From Sminthopsis crassicaudata (taxonomy: Eukaryota), in the NCBI RefSeq assembly GCF_048593235.1, contig NC_133619.1, positions 73,794,454 to 73,858,453 of the forward strand: a stretch of DNA of 64,000 nt, read 5' to 3'. Every line of letters begins with the position of its first letter. The first letter of the stretch is position 1. Below the pieces are notes generated by a model. It was not told the DNA's origin. It searched no databases and saw nothing but the letters and a program-made list of their open reading frames with translations. The translations under genes were made by a program, and so were the position numbers. Shown here in pieces: positions 12,346 through 24,370 of the stretch.

Positions 12346-13009
12346 AAGAGCAATTTTCAGTTGTTTTCTCTGGATCCTAAGCACCCCTGATCCCCCACAA
12401 ATATGGAATGGTTTTAATGTTACCTTCTCTTAAAATACAGATCTGGGAGACTTGTTCTAAAAGGAATTACTTTAGAACTACTTGTTCTAAATAGGATCTG
12501 CTCTGAGTCCTTTTGGTCCAGCCAAGACCTTCATAATTTGTCAGAAAGGGAGGAGGTGACAAATCTTGATAGTATAGTATGCCTTAAAATTAAGAAGAGT
12601 CATATGACCCAAGGCCTTGGCAGCCCCTGACCTATATTTTATTTAATAGAGTGTGACCAAGACAATATGAGATCACAAATTTTAAAAGTTTACTAGGTGT
12701 TGCTGACCACATTAGATTCACATACTTTTTTAAAAGCTCAAAAGAAAGAGCTAAATCTCTTAGGAAATTAGATACTTTAAAAGATATACAGTTCACAAAC
12801 TGGTTTAGCTTGAATATAAAGATCAACATCTTTTTCTTTGGACCTATCAAGTAATTATCTGTTCTAGATGTATAATCTACACTTAAAACCACTAATAGTA
12901 TTTCTCTTAAAATGGCAAGGACTATACTAATTTTCCTACTTTTTTATTGTATTGAGTAACAATTTTATAATTGATTCAAATGCAGGTATTATAACTAACT
13001 GCTCTGCAA

Positions 13010-13216
13010 TCACTTTATTTTTCACATTTATTTATTTTTAATTCATGGAATAAAACAAGTATTTCCACACATAATATAATAAAAATATGAAATCATGTGA
13101 AACTATAAATCTGTTATGTACAACTTGCTATTCCTTTTAAATATATAATAAAGTTATCATTTAAAATTTTTCCTTTCCTCCTATTCACTGTGGAGATGGC
13201 TACTATTAGACAAAAT

Positions 13217-13248
<32 letters not shown>

Positions 13249-13312
13249 ATTATTCTATACAAAAATCTATCAGTTCTTGTTCTGTATGCAGAAAGCATCT
13301 TTCCACAGTAAC
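13010..13312 (-). mobile_element. Marsupial L1/HAL1-type 3' end with internal (TATG)7
   Basis: T-rich tail then ttcatggaataaaacaag...gtacaacttgctattccttttaaatatataataaagttatc. Confidence 0.7.
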
Positions 13313-13529
13313 AGCAATTTATTTTAAGAATGACAATGAGTGGATGAATCATTTTTACTATTACAATAAATAGTCAAATTAATTGCAATCATTTTTTTAC
13401 TTCAAGCATTATTTAGTGGGCTAGAAAATTGGCAATAGCTATCTATATAGCAACATTATTATGCCAGTTCCCCCTGGCTAAAATACCTTCCTTTTTATTT
13501 TGGTCCTTGTGAGATGCCATGTTTGTTTG

Positions 13530-13571
13530 TTTGAACAATTTAGATAATTCTTTGAACAATTTAGATAATTC
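13530..13571. repeat. Exact 21-bp tandem duplication (tttgaacaatttagataattc x2)
   Basis: Directly visible. Confidence 0.95.
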
Positions 13572-14575
13572 TAATTTTTGTGTATGCTTAACTGGCTTCT
13601 GAGATTATTGGCTTCTTGTAATAAAGGAGGAGAGTCCCTAATAATGGGAGAAATAAAAGCATGAGAATAGTTATTCTGTACTTTAATCCTCTCTTCTTTT
13701 CATTTCCTCACAACCAGAATGTATTTATTAGGAAAGAGACAGTTTAATCCAGTGGGTTCAGTCTGGCTCAGGAGGACCCACTATATGGTAGAGAAACTAT
13801 ATATGGCTTATATATAAAGGACTCAGTCTTGGGTTGAATTTTAAGAGATTAGATATAAAATTTAGTCAGTCCTCAAAATGCGAATTAGTTATATTTCAAA
13901 AATTCATTTCTAAGTAGAACTCAGAGTGCATTCAAACATAGAAATTTTATATATAGAAAAATCATAAATGGTGAATACTTTCCTGATTCTGTCATATTCT
14001 ATCAGAAAATAATATTTTCAAGGAAGAGTTCCAGATTTTGTATGCCTACAATTCAAAGACTAATATAGCTGAGTTTAGAGAGAACTATCATTAGCAAGAT
14101 GGCTATTAGATAATGACTTGGCAGGGTAAAGGATGGGGTGGCAAGGAAATTTATGAAACTATTTATTAAAACCTGACAAACCGGTATTCTGAATCAATGT
14201 AGGGAGCTTCACCAATGAAATCACAGGTGTTTTAGAAATTAAAGTTGAAGTATATATCCACCCTAGCCCATCTATAATTTCAACCTATAATGTAATAAAT
14301 TCAAGATGTTAAATAATATCAATCTGAGCTCTGTGTCCAGAACCAATGCAGGAGGTGAAAATGTCAATTTTCTCCCTTTTTGCAAGGTTCCAGACCTTTG
14401 GCAAAAATACTAAGATTGGTAAATTTTGTCTAGCCTCATATTTTCCTTTTCATATTTCTCTTCAAACTCCTAGTGTCTTCTTCTTAAAACCCCAGTTTCT
14501 CAATATTGCTTTCACATAACCACTCAGAGCTTGCTTAGCCCACAAAGTGGCCCATGCTTATTTGCCTCCTGAATT

Positions 14576-14578
<3 letters not shown>

Positions 14579-14622
<44 letters not shown>
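14579..14622. repeat. (CA)22 microsatellite
   Basis: Directly visible. Confidence 0.97.
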
Positions 14623-14626
<4 letters not shown>

Positions 14627-14956
14627 ACTCTTTTAATTTTGACATCACTACTAAATCAAAAATAGCAATTGATTTTTTGTAGTGTTTTGAAATTTTCAAA
14701 GTTCTTCATTAGATAATCTTATTTTATCCCTAAAACAATCCTGTTCAGGTAAGCACTTAAGAGAATTGTCATTTACATATTTCAGTTGGAGAGGCTGTTA
14801 TCATTCTTTTAGTAAAATCGAGGGTTAAATGGAGCTGGACAAAAACAAAAATCTGAATCCTTGCTTTCAAGAAGCTCAAATTCTAAGTCTCAGAGACATC
14901 AAATAGCTTGCTCATGGCCAAGTAGCTATTAAGTACCAGAAATAGGATTCAAAGAT

Positions 14957-14992
14957 GATAGATAGATAGATAGATAGAAAGACAGACAGACA
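14957..14992. repeat. (GATA)5-GAAA-(GACA)3 microsatellite
   Basis: Directly visible. Confidence 0.9.
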
Positions 14993-16389
14993 AGTAAGGT
15001 ATGTAGGTAGGTGGATCAATCTTTCTATATTTTTGAAGATCTATATATCTATTGTGCCTGTAAGCATGCAAGTATGTATGTTATGTATGTATCTATTTAT
15101 CTATCTATCTAATTTAATCATATTAATGCCTTTTGTTATATACCTAGCTGCCCCTACAACTTTAGTGACCTAATTTATGTGAAGTGTGACCTCCTAATAG
15201 TTTCTGGACTCTCCCAGAGATTTTTGAAAGATGATACTTCTGACTTACCCAAATGAATACTTAATTGGTTAAACTTCCTTAGGAGGTGGTAATGAAGTAT
15301 GTTTATAAATCTTGCCAACTAGTTCTTGGATTATAGACAGACAATTGATTGCCAGGAAGCAATCAAAGCTTTTCACCTATCATAAGCTTTTGGAATAAAG
15401 GTTCAGTTTTATAGAATGAGGCATTGGAACAGAAATTTAGCATAAAGAGAAAAATTTGTTATTACTGTAGAAAATAACAGTCAAATTTGATTTGGGTTTC
15501 ATTTATTTGAAAATGAAAAGCATACTTTTAATAACTTCAGTTTATTTTCCTCATTTTCTTTATTTTTGATCAGTTTCTTCCCACAGTTTAAAAATATATA
15601 TTTTTAAAGATTCTTAAAGAGTTTTTAAAAAGGACTCAGCAACCATATCAACCACCAAATACTTTATTTGCTTGTCAAGGAGAGACATATGCCAGCTAAG
15701 GGCCACACACCAGTGTAGATTATAAATCCAAATACAAAATTTTATAGGAGAAGAAACTGGAAGCTAATGACCAGCAGGCACCTCATAAAACTTTAAGACA
15801 TAAGGGTGAGAAAAATAAATTTATGGAAAGCTTGGCAAAGTAAGAACACAGTGAAGTCATTTTATCCTGAGAGTATCTAAGAATAAAACTATAAGAAAAA
15901 GGACAAACAGTAAGATATGAAAAAGAAAAAAAAGTCAAAATTTCTATAACAAATAATTTTCCCCATCAATATTACAAGTAAAGCTACCACATTTGGACTC
16001 TCACATTACAGAACCTAATGGTTTATATGGAGAAAGATAAATGGTATAGCATGCATGATTTTTAGGGAAATGGGATAAATATTCAAGATACCTGAAAGAA
16101 AGGAGAGTAACAAAGACTTTATTACCAGAGAGGAAAGGAGAAGGTTATTAAGAATAGCTAGAAACAATATGACTTATTTATAATCTTCATAAAATCTATG
16201 TAAAATTATATATATGTATATATATACATGTCAAGGAGGTTCTTTATGAAATTTTTAGATAAGAGGAGGCAGGATTTTCAAATTATAGTCAATAGCATTA
16301 TATCTTTATAGTCACATAACCAATTGATAGATGAAGAGAATGCAAGATCCCACTGTTTGCTGACTTAAAAAAATTAATTCAGTAATTCA

Positions 16390-17160
16390 AAATGTCACCT
16401 TGAAAGCACTCCTTCTCAGTGAATTAATGAACCTTACTCTCATCAGAATTGTCTCAAAGAGGAAATAACATACACACTTAATATAGGTTTGGAAATCTAT
16501 TTTACCTTCTAGGAAAGTAGGAGAGAAGGAAACATGGGAAGGGGGGAGGGTGATAGAAGAGCGGCCATACCAGGGAGAGAAGTCAGTAGCACAACACTTT
16601 TGAGGAGAGGCAAAATGAAAGGAGAGAATAGAATAAGGAGAAATACAGTTAGCAATAATAATTATAAAATAGAATTTTGAAGCAAGTTTCTCTGATAAGG
16701 CTTTATTTCTCAAACATGAAGGGAAGTGAGTCAGATTTATAAAAAAAATAAAAACTATGCCCCAATGGATAAATGATCAAAAGATATAAACTATGCCTAA
16801 AGGGATACAAAATAATGCATGTTCTTTGAGCTAACAATATTACTAGTAGGCATGAATCCCAAAAGAGAATTAAAAAAAAAAAAAGGACATATATGTACAA
16901 AAAATATTTATAGCAGCTCCCTAATTTCAGGGAAAAAAAAAAAAAAAAGGAAACTGAGGAGATGTCCATCAATTGGGGAATAGCTGAATAAATTGTGATA
17001 TGTGATTATAATGGAATATTATTGTCCTATAGTTTAAAATGATGAGCAGGATACTCTCAAAAAAACATGGAAAGTCCACTATGAACTAAGTAAAGTGAAA
17101 GATATTGTGTACAAAGTAATAGCAAAGATGTGGAATGATAAGTTGTGAATGGCTTTGATG
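16390..17160 (+). mobile_element. Internally deleted L1 (HAL1-like): inter-ORF spacer joined to ORF2 3' region
   Basis: atgaaccttactctcatcagaattg...aaatacagttagcaataata (spacer/ORF2 start) joined to tttgaagcaagtttctctgataag (F-x-ASFSDK..ISQ..IYK) and gtccatcaattggggaatagctgaataaattgtg (C-terminal ORF2). Confidence 0.7.
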
Positions 17161-17850
17161 ACCCTTGGATTAGAAATATCAAGCAAAGCATAAAATACAG
17201 AACTGTATACTTGCCAAAAATATTTTCCATTGTTATCAAGAACATCTGATGTCAAATCCAAAATGAAGAAAAATTTCATATAGGTGTTATAAAGTCTCCT
17301 ATCTATGGATACTGATTGCACAATCCTAGGACAACATGGAGTCTTGTACATGAGATTTAGAATTATCCACAAGAATGTGCCCTAATTATTTACACAGAAA
17401 TACCCAAGTAAATGGATACTTAACTGTCAAGACTAGGCTTAGTGTTCATATGAGTACGTATATGCATGTGCTTATGTGGGTATGTATATGTGTAAATTGA
17501 TAAGCACAACACAAAAAATGAATTGACTGAAGGCATGACATAGTGGAATACTATTTTATAACCAGGAACACCTGAATTAAAATTCTTATTCTAATATTTA
17601 GTTATTGTAGGTAGGATCATAGGAAAGTCTTTTAACCTTTGCTTTAGTTTCGTCATATGTAAAATGTGAATAATATTAACATGCTACCTACATCCCAAAA
17701 CATTTCAAAATTCAATGAGATACTATAAGATGCTTTATTAATACTAGTTGTTAATATAAGAATAAGCTTAACAAAACATGGGAAATTCTATCATGCTTTT
17801 TTAATGGATTGAAACTTATCCCTATATGGTTATTAAGAATAGAATAACAG

Positions 17851-17997
17851 GGGAGCAGCTAGGTGGCGCAGTGGATAGAGCACCAGCCCTGAATTCACGA
17901 GGGCCTGAGTTCAAATCTGGTTTCAGACAGTTAACACTTCCTAGCTGTGTGACCCTGGGCAAGTCACTTAACCCCAGCCTCAGAAAAAGAAAAATAA
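17851..17997 (+). mobile_element. Young WSINE1-like tRNA/CORE SINE with perfect 16-bp TSD
   Basis: A box tggcgcagtgg 17864-17874; B box gagttcaaatc 17907-17917; CORE ctagctgtgtgaccctgggcaagtcacttaacc; TSD aagaatagaataacag at 17835-17850 and 17998-18013. Confidence 0.95.
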
Positions 17998-18399
17998 AAG
18001 AATAGAATAACAGTCTCCCAATATGAGTAACTCAGATTGCAATAGACAGAGGGTCAGAAGGCATGTATAGATGGTAGCATATTTCTAATTAAAAAAAAAA
18101 AACTTATAAAGGAGAAATATCAAAAGTATTATACAGAAAAATATATCTAAATGTGAACAGGAACAAATTATGTAACAAAATGGAGGATAACAAATAGTTG
18201 GAAAGGTACCATTCTTCCCTATCTTCAATAAGTTAAATAATACCTTTTAGAAGATTTATGGGAGGGGAGATACATGAGTTGCAATGCATTAGAAGCCATG
18301 GATGATATGTGATAGACAGCTCACATCAATAATAATACAGATCAACAGAATTGTCAAGATAATGAATCTTCCTTAATGTGCATGATATATACTGCAAAG

Positions 18400-18590
18400 C
18401 AAATGACAGAATTTTGGAAATGAAAAGAATTATATAGATCATCTAACTTAAACCTTTTATTTTATAGTTGAGATAAATAAAAGAGAGAAGTCAAGTGACT
18501 AGACTATTGGTTACACAGCCACAATGAGAAAGAGCCAGAAGTAGAGTTTGAGTATTTTGCCTCCTGATTTAGGATTCTGATCTTTCCAAA
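18400..18590 (-). mobile_element. MIR/MIR3 fragment
   Basis: atagatcatctaacttaaaccttttattttatagttgagataa...aagtcaagtgact. Confidence 0.6.
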
Positions 18591-18874
18591 TGCTGACTTA
18601 GAAGAGACTGTCAACACAGAATTGCCATTTCAAACATTATTTTTGTGATAATCCCAGTTTCTCTCAAGGAATACGATAAAATTCTCATTCCCCCAAGTTC
18701 TCAAAACAAAATAGAATAATGAAATTTAATTTTTAATGAATGTATCCACCCACATACACACAACTGTTTTAAAAGGAGGTATGTGCTCACCCAAACCAAT
18801 TAAATGCTAAAAGTATGTCACATGAGCTTACAACGAATAATCATCATTGGATTATGCTGTTTTTTTTCCCCCTT

Positions 18875-18995
18875 AAAGTCATTGGGACATAAGTGACTCA
18901 CTCAGGATTACACAGAATATATCTAAGACTGAATTTGAAGTCAGGTCCTCTTGATTGCAACACCAGTATTCTATCTACTGCACTATCTAGCTATC
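18875..18995 (-). mobile_element. CORE-SINE fragment
   Basis: aagtgactcactcaggattacacag...tctaagactgaatttgaagtcaggtcctcttgatt...ctatctactgcactatctagct. Confidence 0.7.
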
Positions 18996-19388
18996 CCATG
19001 TTTGTCTATTTTAAACCTCAAGTTTATGAGAAACTGACAATAGTGCAGATAAAAGACTACATGAATACAATGCTTACCATAGAAATATTTCCAATTTTAT
19101 ATATCTAGTGGAGTGGGACTGGATTCTTAAATGGTTAACCATGAAAAAAAATGTATGTTATTATCTTCAAATGAATTTTCAAACAAACAATCTTAGCAAC
19201 TTATAAATCTGTATTTTTAATGACTGGAACAGTAGAGATACACTGTAGATATTTAGTAACTGCTTGACACTGATTGAGCTCCCCATACAGCATTTCAGTC
19301 TCACAGAATCATAGCATCATAGCATCATGTCAGGAATGGAGTCATCTTGAAGAATAAATAAAAAAATAAATTCCTTTAAGAAATTCTT

Positions 19389-19520
19389 GGGGCAGCTAGG
19401 TAACACAGTGGCTAGAGCACTGACCCTGGAGTCAGGAAGACCTACATTCAAAATCCAGCCTCAGATACCTGTAAGTTGTGTGATACTGAAGAAGTCATTT
19501 TACCCCAATTGCCCCCCCAA
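19389..19520 (+). mobile_element. WSINE1/SINE1-like SINE, older copy
   Basis: ggggcagctaggtaacacagtggctagagcactgaccctggagtcagg...ccccaattgcc. Confidence 0.85.
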
Positions 19521-20524
19521 ATATTTTTAAAAAGAAAATTTTCCTTTTTTTTCCTAAGTAGAACCTCATATCATCTTAGTATAATATCTAGAAATAAGTC
19601 CTAGAGCAAGGATGCCTCTCTGATCAATATTTCTATATAGCATTTTTCTCAACTGTAAATATTAAAGTTAGTAGACAAGCCAGATCCCTGTCAGGAGGAG
19701 CTAACTTGAAGTCAGTAAGGAGAGAATCTTCCAATCTTTGTGACCTTGAGGAAATCATTGAAATTTTCCATATCTGTTTCCCAGCTTCAAAACAGAGATT
19801 ATCATTTATCTTTGAAAAAATCATGATAAGAAATGACATCAAGTAGTCTAACTTTATCAATTGTTCCTATAATATAATTACCTAAGTGCTTTCTCTAACA
19901 GCACGGGTAGGTGGAAGCTTTCCAGCTCAGATAGAAATGAACATTTGATTCTTTCTGCATGGCTTTGCAAATTTCACTCTATTTCTTCCTACTGGGAATA
20001 TATATTAATATGTGGGCTTTTCATATGACTACTATAAGAGTTACCATGTAAAAGAGCATTAAAGATAGATGCTTTACTGGGCCTTCTAATTTTAACTAGT
20101 AAAACAATAGAAATATATTAAATGAAATTGTTAATAAGAAAATGATCAAAAATAAGGAAGATGGGCTGAAACGTCATTAGAAGTTAATCTTTTCAGTTTC
20201 AGACAAATGAAATCCAAATCAAATTTGCCTGTTCTTTTCTACAGTAATATAAAACTCTTTTATCTCCTTGGCTAAAGTCCTATTCCAATACCTCATCATA
20301 TTGTAATGGTGGTGACCTTTTATTCAAGAACACTATGCTAAATAAAAAGGCTTTTATCGTGGCCTAGCAATAAACTGTATATATTGCAAAGACCAACTAA
20401 GTTAGCAAGACTATGTCATCAGTCAATAAAATTATATATGAACATATGCATATGTATAAATGTATACACATGCATGAAACTTACACAAACAATATAATTT
20501 AAAAGGATGACATAAAGATGAAAT

Positions 20525-20700
20525 ATTTGATCCTAGATTGAACAGGGAGTCATTCGAAGTTATTGAATAAGGCAATGATATGGTCAGACCTGCACTTTAG
20601 GAAAATAACTTTGGCAAACTTTGTGAAAAATAGATTGAATAGAAGAAAAAAAAAAAAAAACTTGAGTAAGGGGGAGCCAACAAGAAGCTCCCTCTCTGAC
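20525..20700 (-). mobile_element. L2 fragment
   Basis: acagggagtcattcgaagttattgaataaggcaatgatatggtcagacctgcactttaggaaaataactttggca. Confidence 0.75.
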
Positions 20701-22599
20701 CTAGGACATGCCATTGAATTTCTTTAAAAAATCAGATTCTTCTCCTCTATTTGATGAGTGGATATAGTGACATATTTATTAAGTAGGCCAGAAGTTGTTT
20801 ATGGAGAAAGAAATTTGTGAACATTAAAATCCAAACCATCATTACCTTCAATTATTTTTTCCACCAACAATATTAATGGGACTGCTCTGGGATTAAGAGT
20901 TACAACCAAACTTTGCCTTCTTTCACTTGGTCAAACTCAAATGCCAGAATATCAGAACTGGAAAAGTGGAGGGGAAGGAAAATTGGCTCATGTAACTTTC
21001 TGAGGACAAGGGTCAGAACTAGTCAGAGAATGTGAATTATAGATGAATAAATTTGGAATTTTCCAAAGAAAGTTGAGGGCACTAGTAGCAGCTCTGAAAA
21101 CGTTTCACAAAACAGAAACTGGGATAAATGTGTAGCAAATGGATATCGATGAGCATATAGCTATTGCTAAATTTTCTTATAAATAAACTCTCAATTGACT
21201 CCTGCAGAATCACCCTCCTCTAGCACCATAGATGCTATTAACTACATTTTACAGATAAGGAAATTGAGACTTAAAAGGTTAAGTAATTTGCTGCCTGTTA
21301 AGCCCAGGTCAAAGAGGTACCTCAAAGGCAAGGATTTATAAACTGAGAATAGATGAGTCATACTTCTCATTAGTATTAAAATGAAGTTTTAAGTATGGGG
21401 TGGGGCATGATGTGATTGCAAGAGAGGGGGTATCATAAAAAAGGTCTGTGGAATGCTAGAATGGAAGAGCAACAAGCTTTCATTGTTTAGTCTGCCTTCA
21501 AATTTACTTCCATACAAATGTGTTCCACAAGTAAAGGAGTAGCCAGAGTGAAATGGAATTGACAACTCAGAAGATCAATCCGTAAAGTGCCAGACTCTGA
21601 ATCTATCCTCTTTACCTCTAAGAAGGAGGCGTTTAGTTTGGGGACCATCAGGATTTTGGAACTAGAGTTCCTGAGTCATTGATTCCACTGGATGATGTGC
21701 ATCAAACAGCAGTTGAGAACCATGCTTTGATTGATTTCACAGGAGAAGCAGCCAATGAATTAATTTGAAAAAAATCAAATCACATTTTTTTTTCCTAGAA
21801 ATCCTGGGACCTGAGCATCCTATGTACTATTGGTGATCTGCCTGAAAGAGACTGTAGAAGAGCAGTAAAGTAGTAGATGTTTTATTATGTATCACTTTAT
21901 TACACCCATAGATTTTATTGCAAGAATAAAACACTGTACTATTCAAGTGTGGATATCCATTTTTTTTTTTTGGGGGGGGGTGAGGAATCAACTCTATTAT
22001 GCTCAGACCTTGTGACTATGGCTCAGTAATTTATAGTTAATTGAGCAAAGAGGTGGGGGGGGGGGGTTAGTAGACTGAATACTGACTGGGTAGTTACATG
22101 CTTCTAGGATGAGTCTGTGAATCCCTAGAAAGAGGGGGAATTGGGAGAGATATAAAGATGGCCACTTCTGAGAAGCATGGAGACTTTGATACTTTCCCAT
22201 GAGATACTGTTGCTCAGTATAAGTTGCTGTTAGAGCTACCAGGATAAAGATGAGAAACATCTGGCATTTGATTCTTCCTGGTGATAGGTTAAAGTTAGTA
22301 GCCTAAAACCATCTTGATTGCCAACTTTTCTATGAAGCTTTCTTTTATTCTATCACATAAGTGAAGTGATTTCTTCTTCCAATGAATTCTTATGGCCTGC
22401 TTGTATTTTATATATAATGAATCGCATTATATTTGGCTATTTGTTTTATTGCTTTTAATGAACTGTGAACTGCTTGTGAATAAAGACCAACTCTTACTTA
22501 TCAGTGTAGCCTTCATTATCTAGAATAGGTCCTTGTATATGTGAATATAATAAAGGTTTGTTCTTTGAGAGAATAGATTAAGCCATTTGGTGAAAAAAG

Positions 22600-22790
22600 A
22601 AGAGTTTTAAATTAAGAATCATGACATTGGGGCTCTAGATTCACATCTACAACCATCTGTGTGGCTCTAATTAGGTCAATTACTCAATTAATATTGTTCT
22701 TTACTTTCCACATCATTTAAATGAGAAGGTTGGGTTAGATAACCTCTAAAGTCCCTTTTGGCTCTGAAATTCTATGATCCTATTCAATTC
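22600..22790 (+). mobile_element. MIR3-type CORE SINE
   Basis: Ends in CR1-derived tail ggttagataacctctaaagtcccttttggctctgaaattctatgatcc. Confidence 0.7.
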
Positions 22791-23499
22791 AGAATTTTTT
22801 TTTCTCCCAGGTTTTCCAAAATAATTCCTGATGTCATATGCTACTCTAAGTGATTGAGAATATTTAATTCTTTAGCAAAGCAAAATCTGGACTGCAAGGA
22901 TTGGAAAGGAAAAAAGATGAGGGAACAATTTCAGAAGCATTTCTTGGAAGACTCATTTTCTTTATCCCTCTGGGGGCATGTAAGTACCAAAATAAAAACA
23001 TTAAATTCATAGAACTCCCTGTGTAAGTTCTGAATGGTTGATTTCAGAATAGGCCTTTATTAGTTGTATTTTTATTATGATGATGATTAGCATTTTATGA
23101 ATGTATTCAGGAAATTCTTTCTGAATGATGCTTCCCTCCCCCCCAAAAAAAGTCCAATTTAATCTGGAATACTGGGTGATTTGCATGAAAAGGCAAATTT
23201 TAGCAATCAGAAAATATTCACTTTGGCTAATAAAGAGTATATTTTTCCTTTTTTTTCTGATTGCTTTCTTAAAAAAAGACATCTTTAGAAATGAAAAATT
23301 CACTCAGAATAAAAAAAACAAATGGGAAAAGAAGGGAAAACATGTGGCTACTTTTCTTTTTCTCTTTTAAAAGTCTCGGTTCTTAATATCCAACAATATA
23401 ATTATTGACAAGAATTTTCACAGAGCCAATTTTTGTGAAAGAATTCTCTTTATTTTAGGCTTTTCCCCCTCTTGGTTCATCTCTGTCTCTTTATTACCA

Positions 23500-23501
<2 letters not shown>

Positions 23502-23539
<38 letters not shown>

Positions 23540-23667
23540 TGTGTGTGTGTGTTTCTCCTTCCCTCTCTCCCTCCCTCCCCATCCTCTTCCCTCCTTCCCA
23601 TTCTCCTTCTCTCTCTCTCCTTCTTTTCCTACTCTCTCCCTCCCTCACCCTTTCTCACACACACATA

Positions 23668-23721
<54 letters not shown>
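23502..23721. repeat. (TG)n - polypyrimidine - (CA)n compound repeat
   Basis: TG run 23502-23552, C/T tract 23553-23655, CA run 23656-23721. Confidence 0.97.
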
Positions 23722-23724
<3 letters not shown>

Positions 23725-24194
23725 ATTTGGGCAATACCGTTAGAGTATACTATTATGTATGTATGTATATATATGGTGAAAGTATTGAAATAACGAGTAC
23801 TTTCTCCCTTGCCCTGCTTGTGGCCTTATAATTGGCTGATACTTTACAAAAAAAGGTCAAATAACAACAATCTCGGATATATCCCTCAAATCCTGCTTAT
23901 AGAAGAAAGCTTTAAGGACTTTACAAGGTGGAGTGTCCCTCTTCATATTGAGGAGAAAGGGGGCAACACTCAGGCCTTATCTCCAAGCAGCAAAGTACTT
24001 TTGAAAGAGAGTATACCAAGGGTTATATCATTTGCTATTTATAATAAAGATAAAATCATAAGTGACAGTAGATATAAATATGATTCATGGTTGATCAGCT
24101 TCTCATAATATGTATAGAGCACATGATTGGAGAAGCTTGAAATAAAGTACCCCCAAAAGATAAATTACAATACTGAAAAAGATTACTAGCTTTA

Positions 24195-24370
24195 AAATGA
24201 CAAGACCTGGACTGAGGTATGGCTTCTATACTTACCTGCTATGTGACTTCTCTTTTTTGTTTACCTGTAAAATAATGGTAAAAAAATAACCAAACTGCCC
24301 ATGTCACCGGGTTGCTGTATTAAGTTCAGAACTTGGTAAACATTTAAAGAAAACTACATGAAAGTGAGCT
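24195..24370 (+). mobile_element. MIR fragment
   Basis: gacaagacctggac...tacctgctatgtgactt...ttacctgtaaaataatggta. Confidence 0.55.

Noticed and set aside
15345-15366. 8-bp hairpin ttgattgc/gcaatcaa
   Set aside because: Stems of this length are expected by chance in 64 kb.
17851-17920. tRNA gene
   Set aside because: A and B boxes belong to a tRNA-derived SINE head followed by CORE and A tail; no cloverleaf.
19633-19860. ORF open on both strands in register
   Set aside because: The centre (ctttgtgaccttgaggaaatcatt...catatctgt) is a decayed MIR core; neither peptide is recognisable.
23418-23831. Overlapping CV/HT-repeat ORFs
   Set aside because: Microsatellite translations.
23809-24108. 99-aa ORF considered as an endogenous viral or retrogene fragment
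   Set aside because: Starts at a non-ATG codon, with no motif of filovirus, bornavirus, parvovirus or retroviral proteins that I recognise, and no TSD or poly(A).
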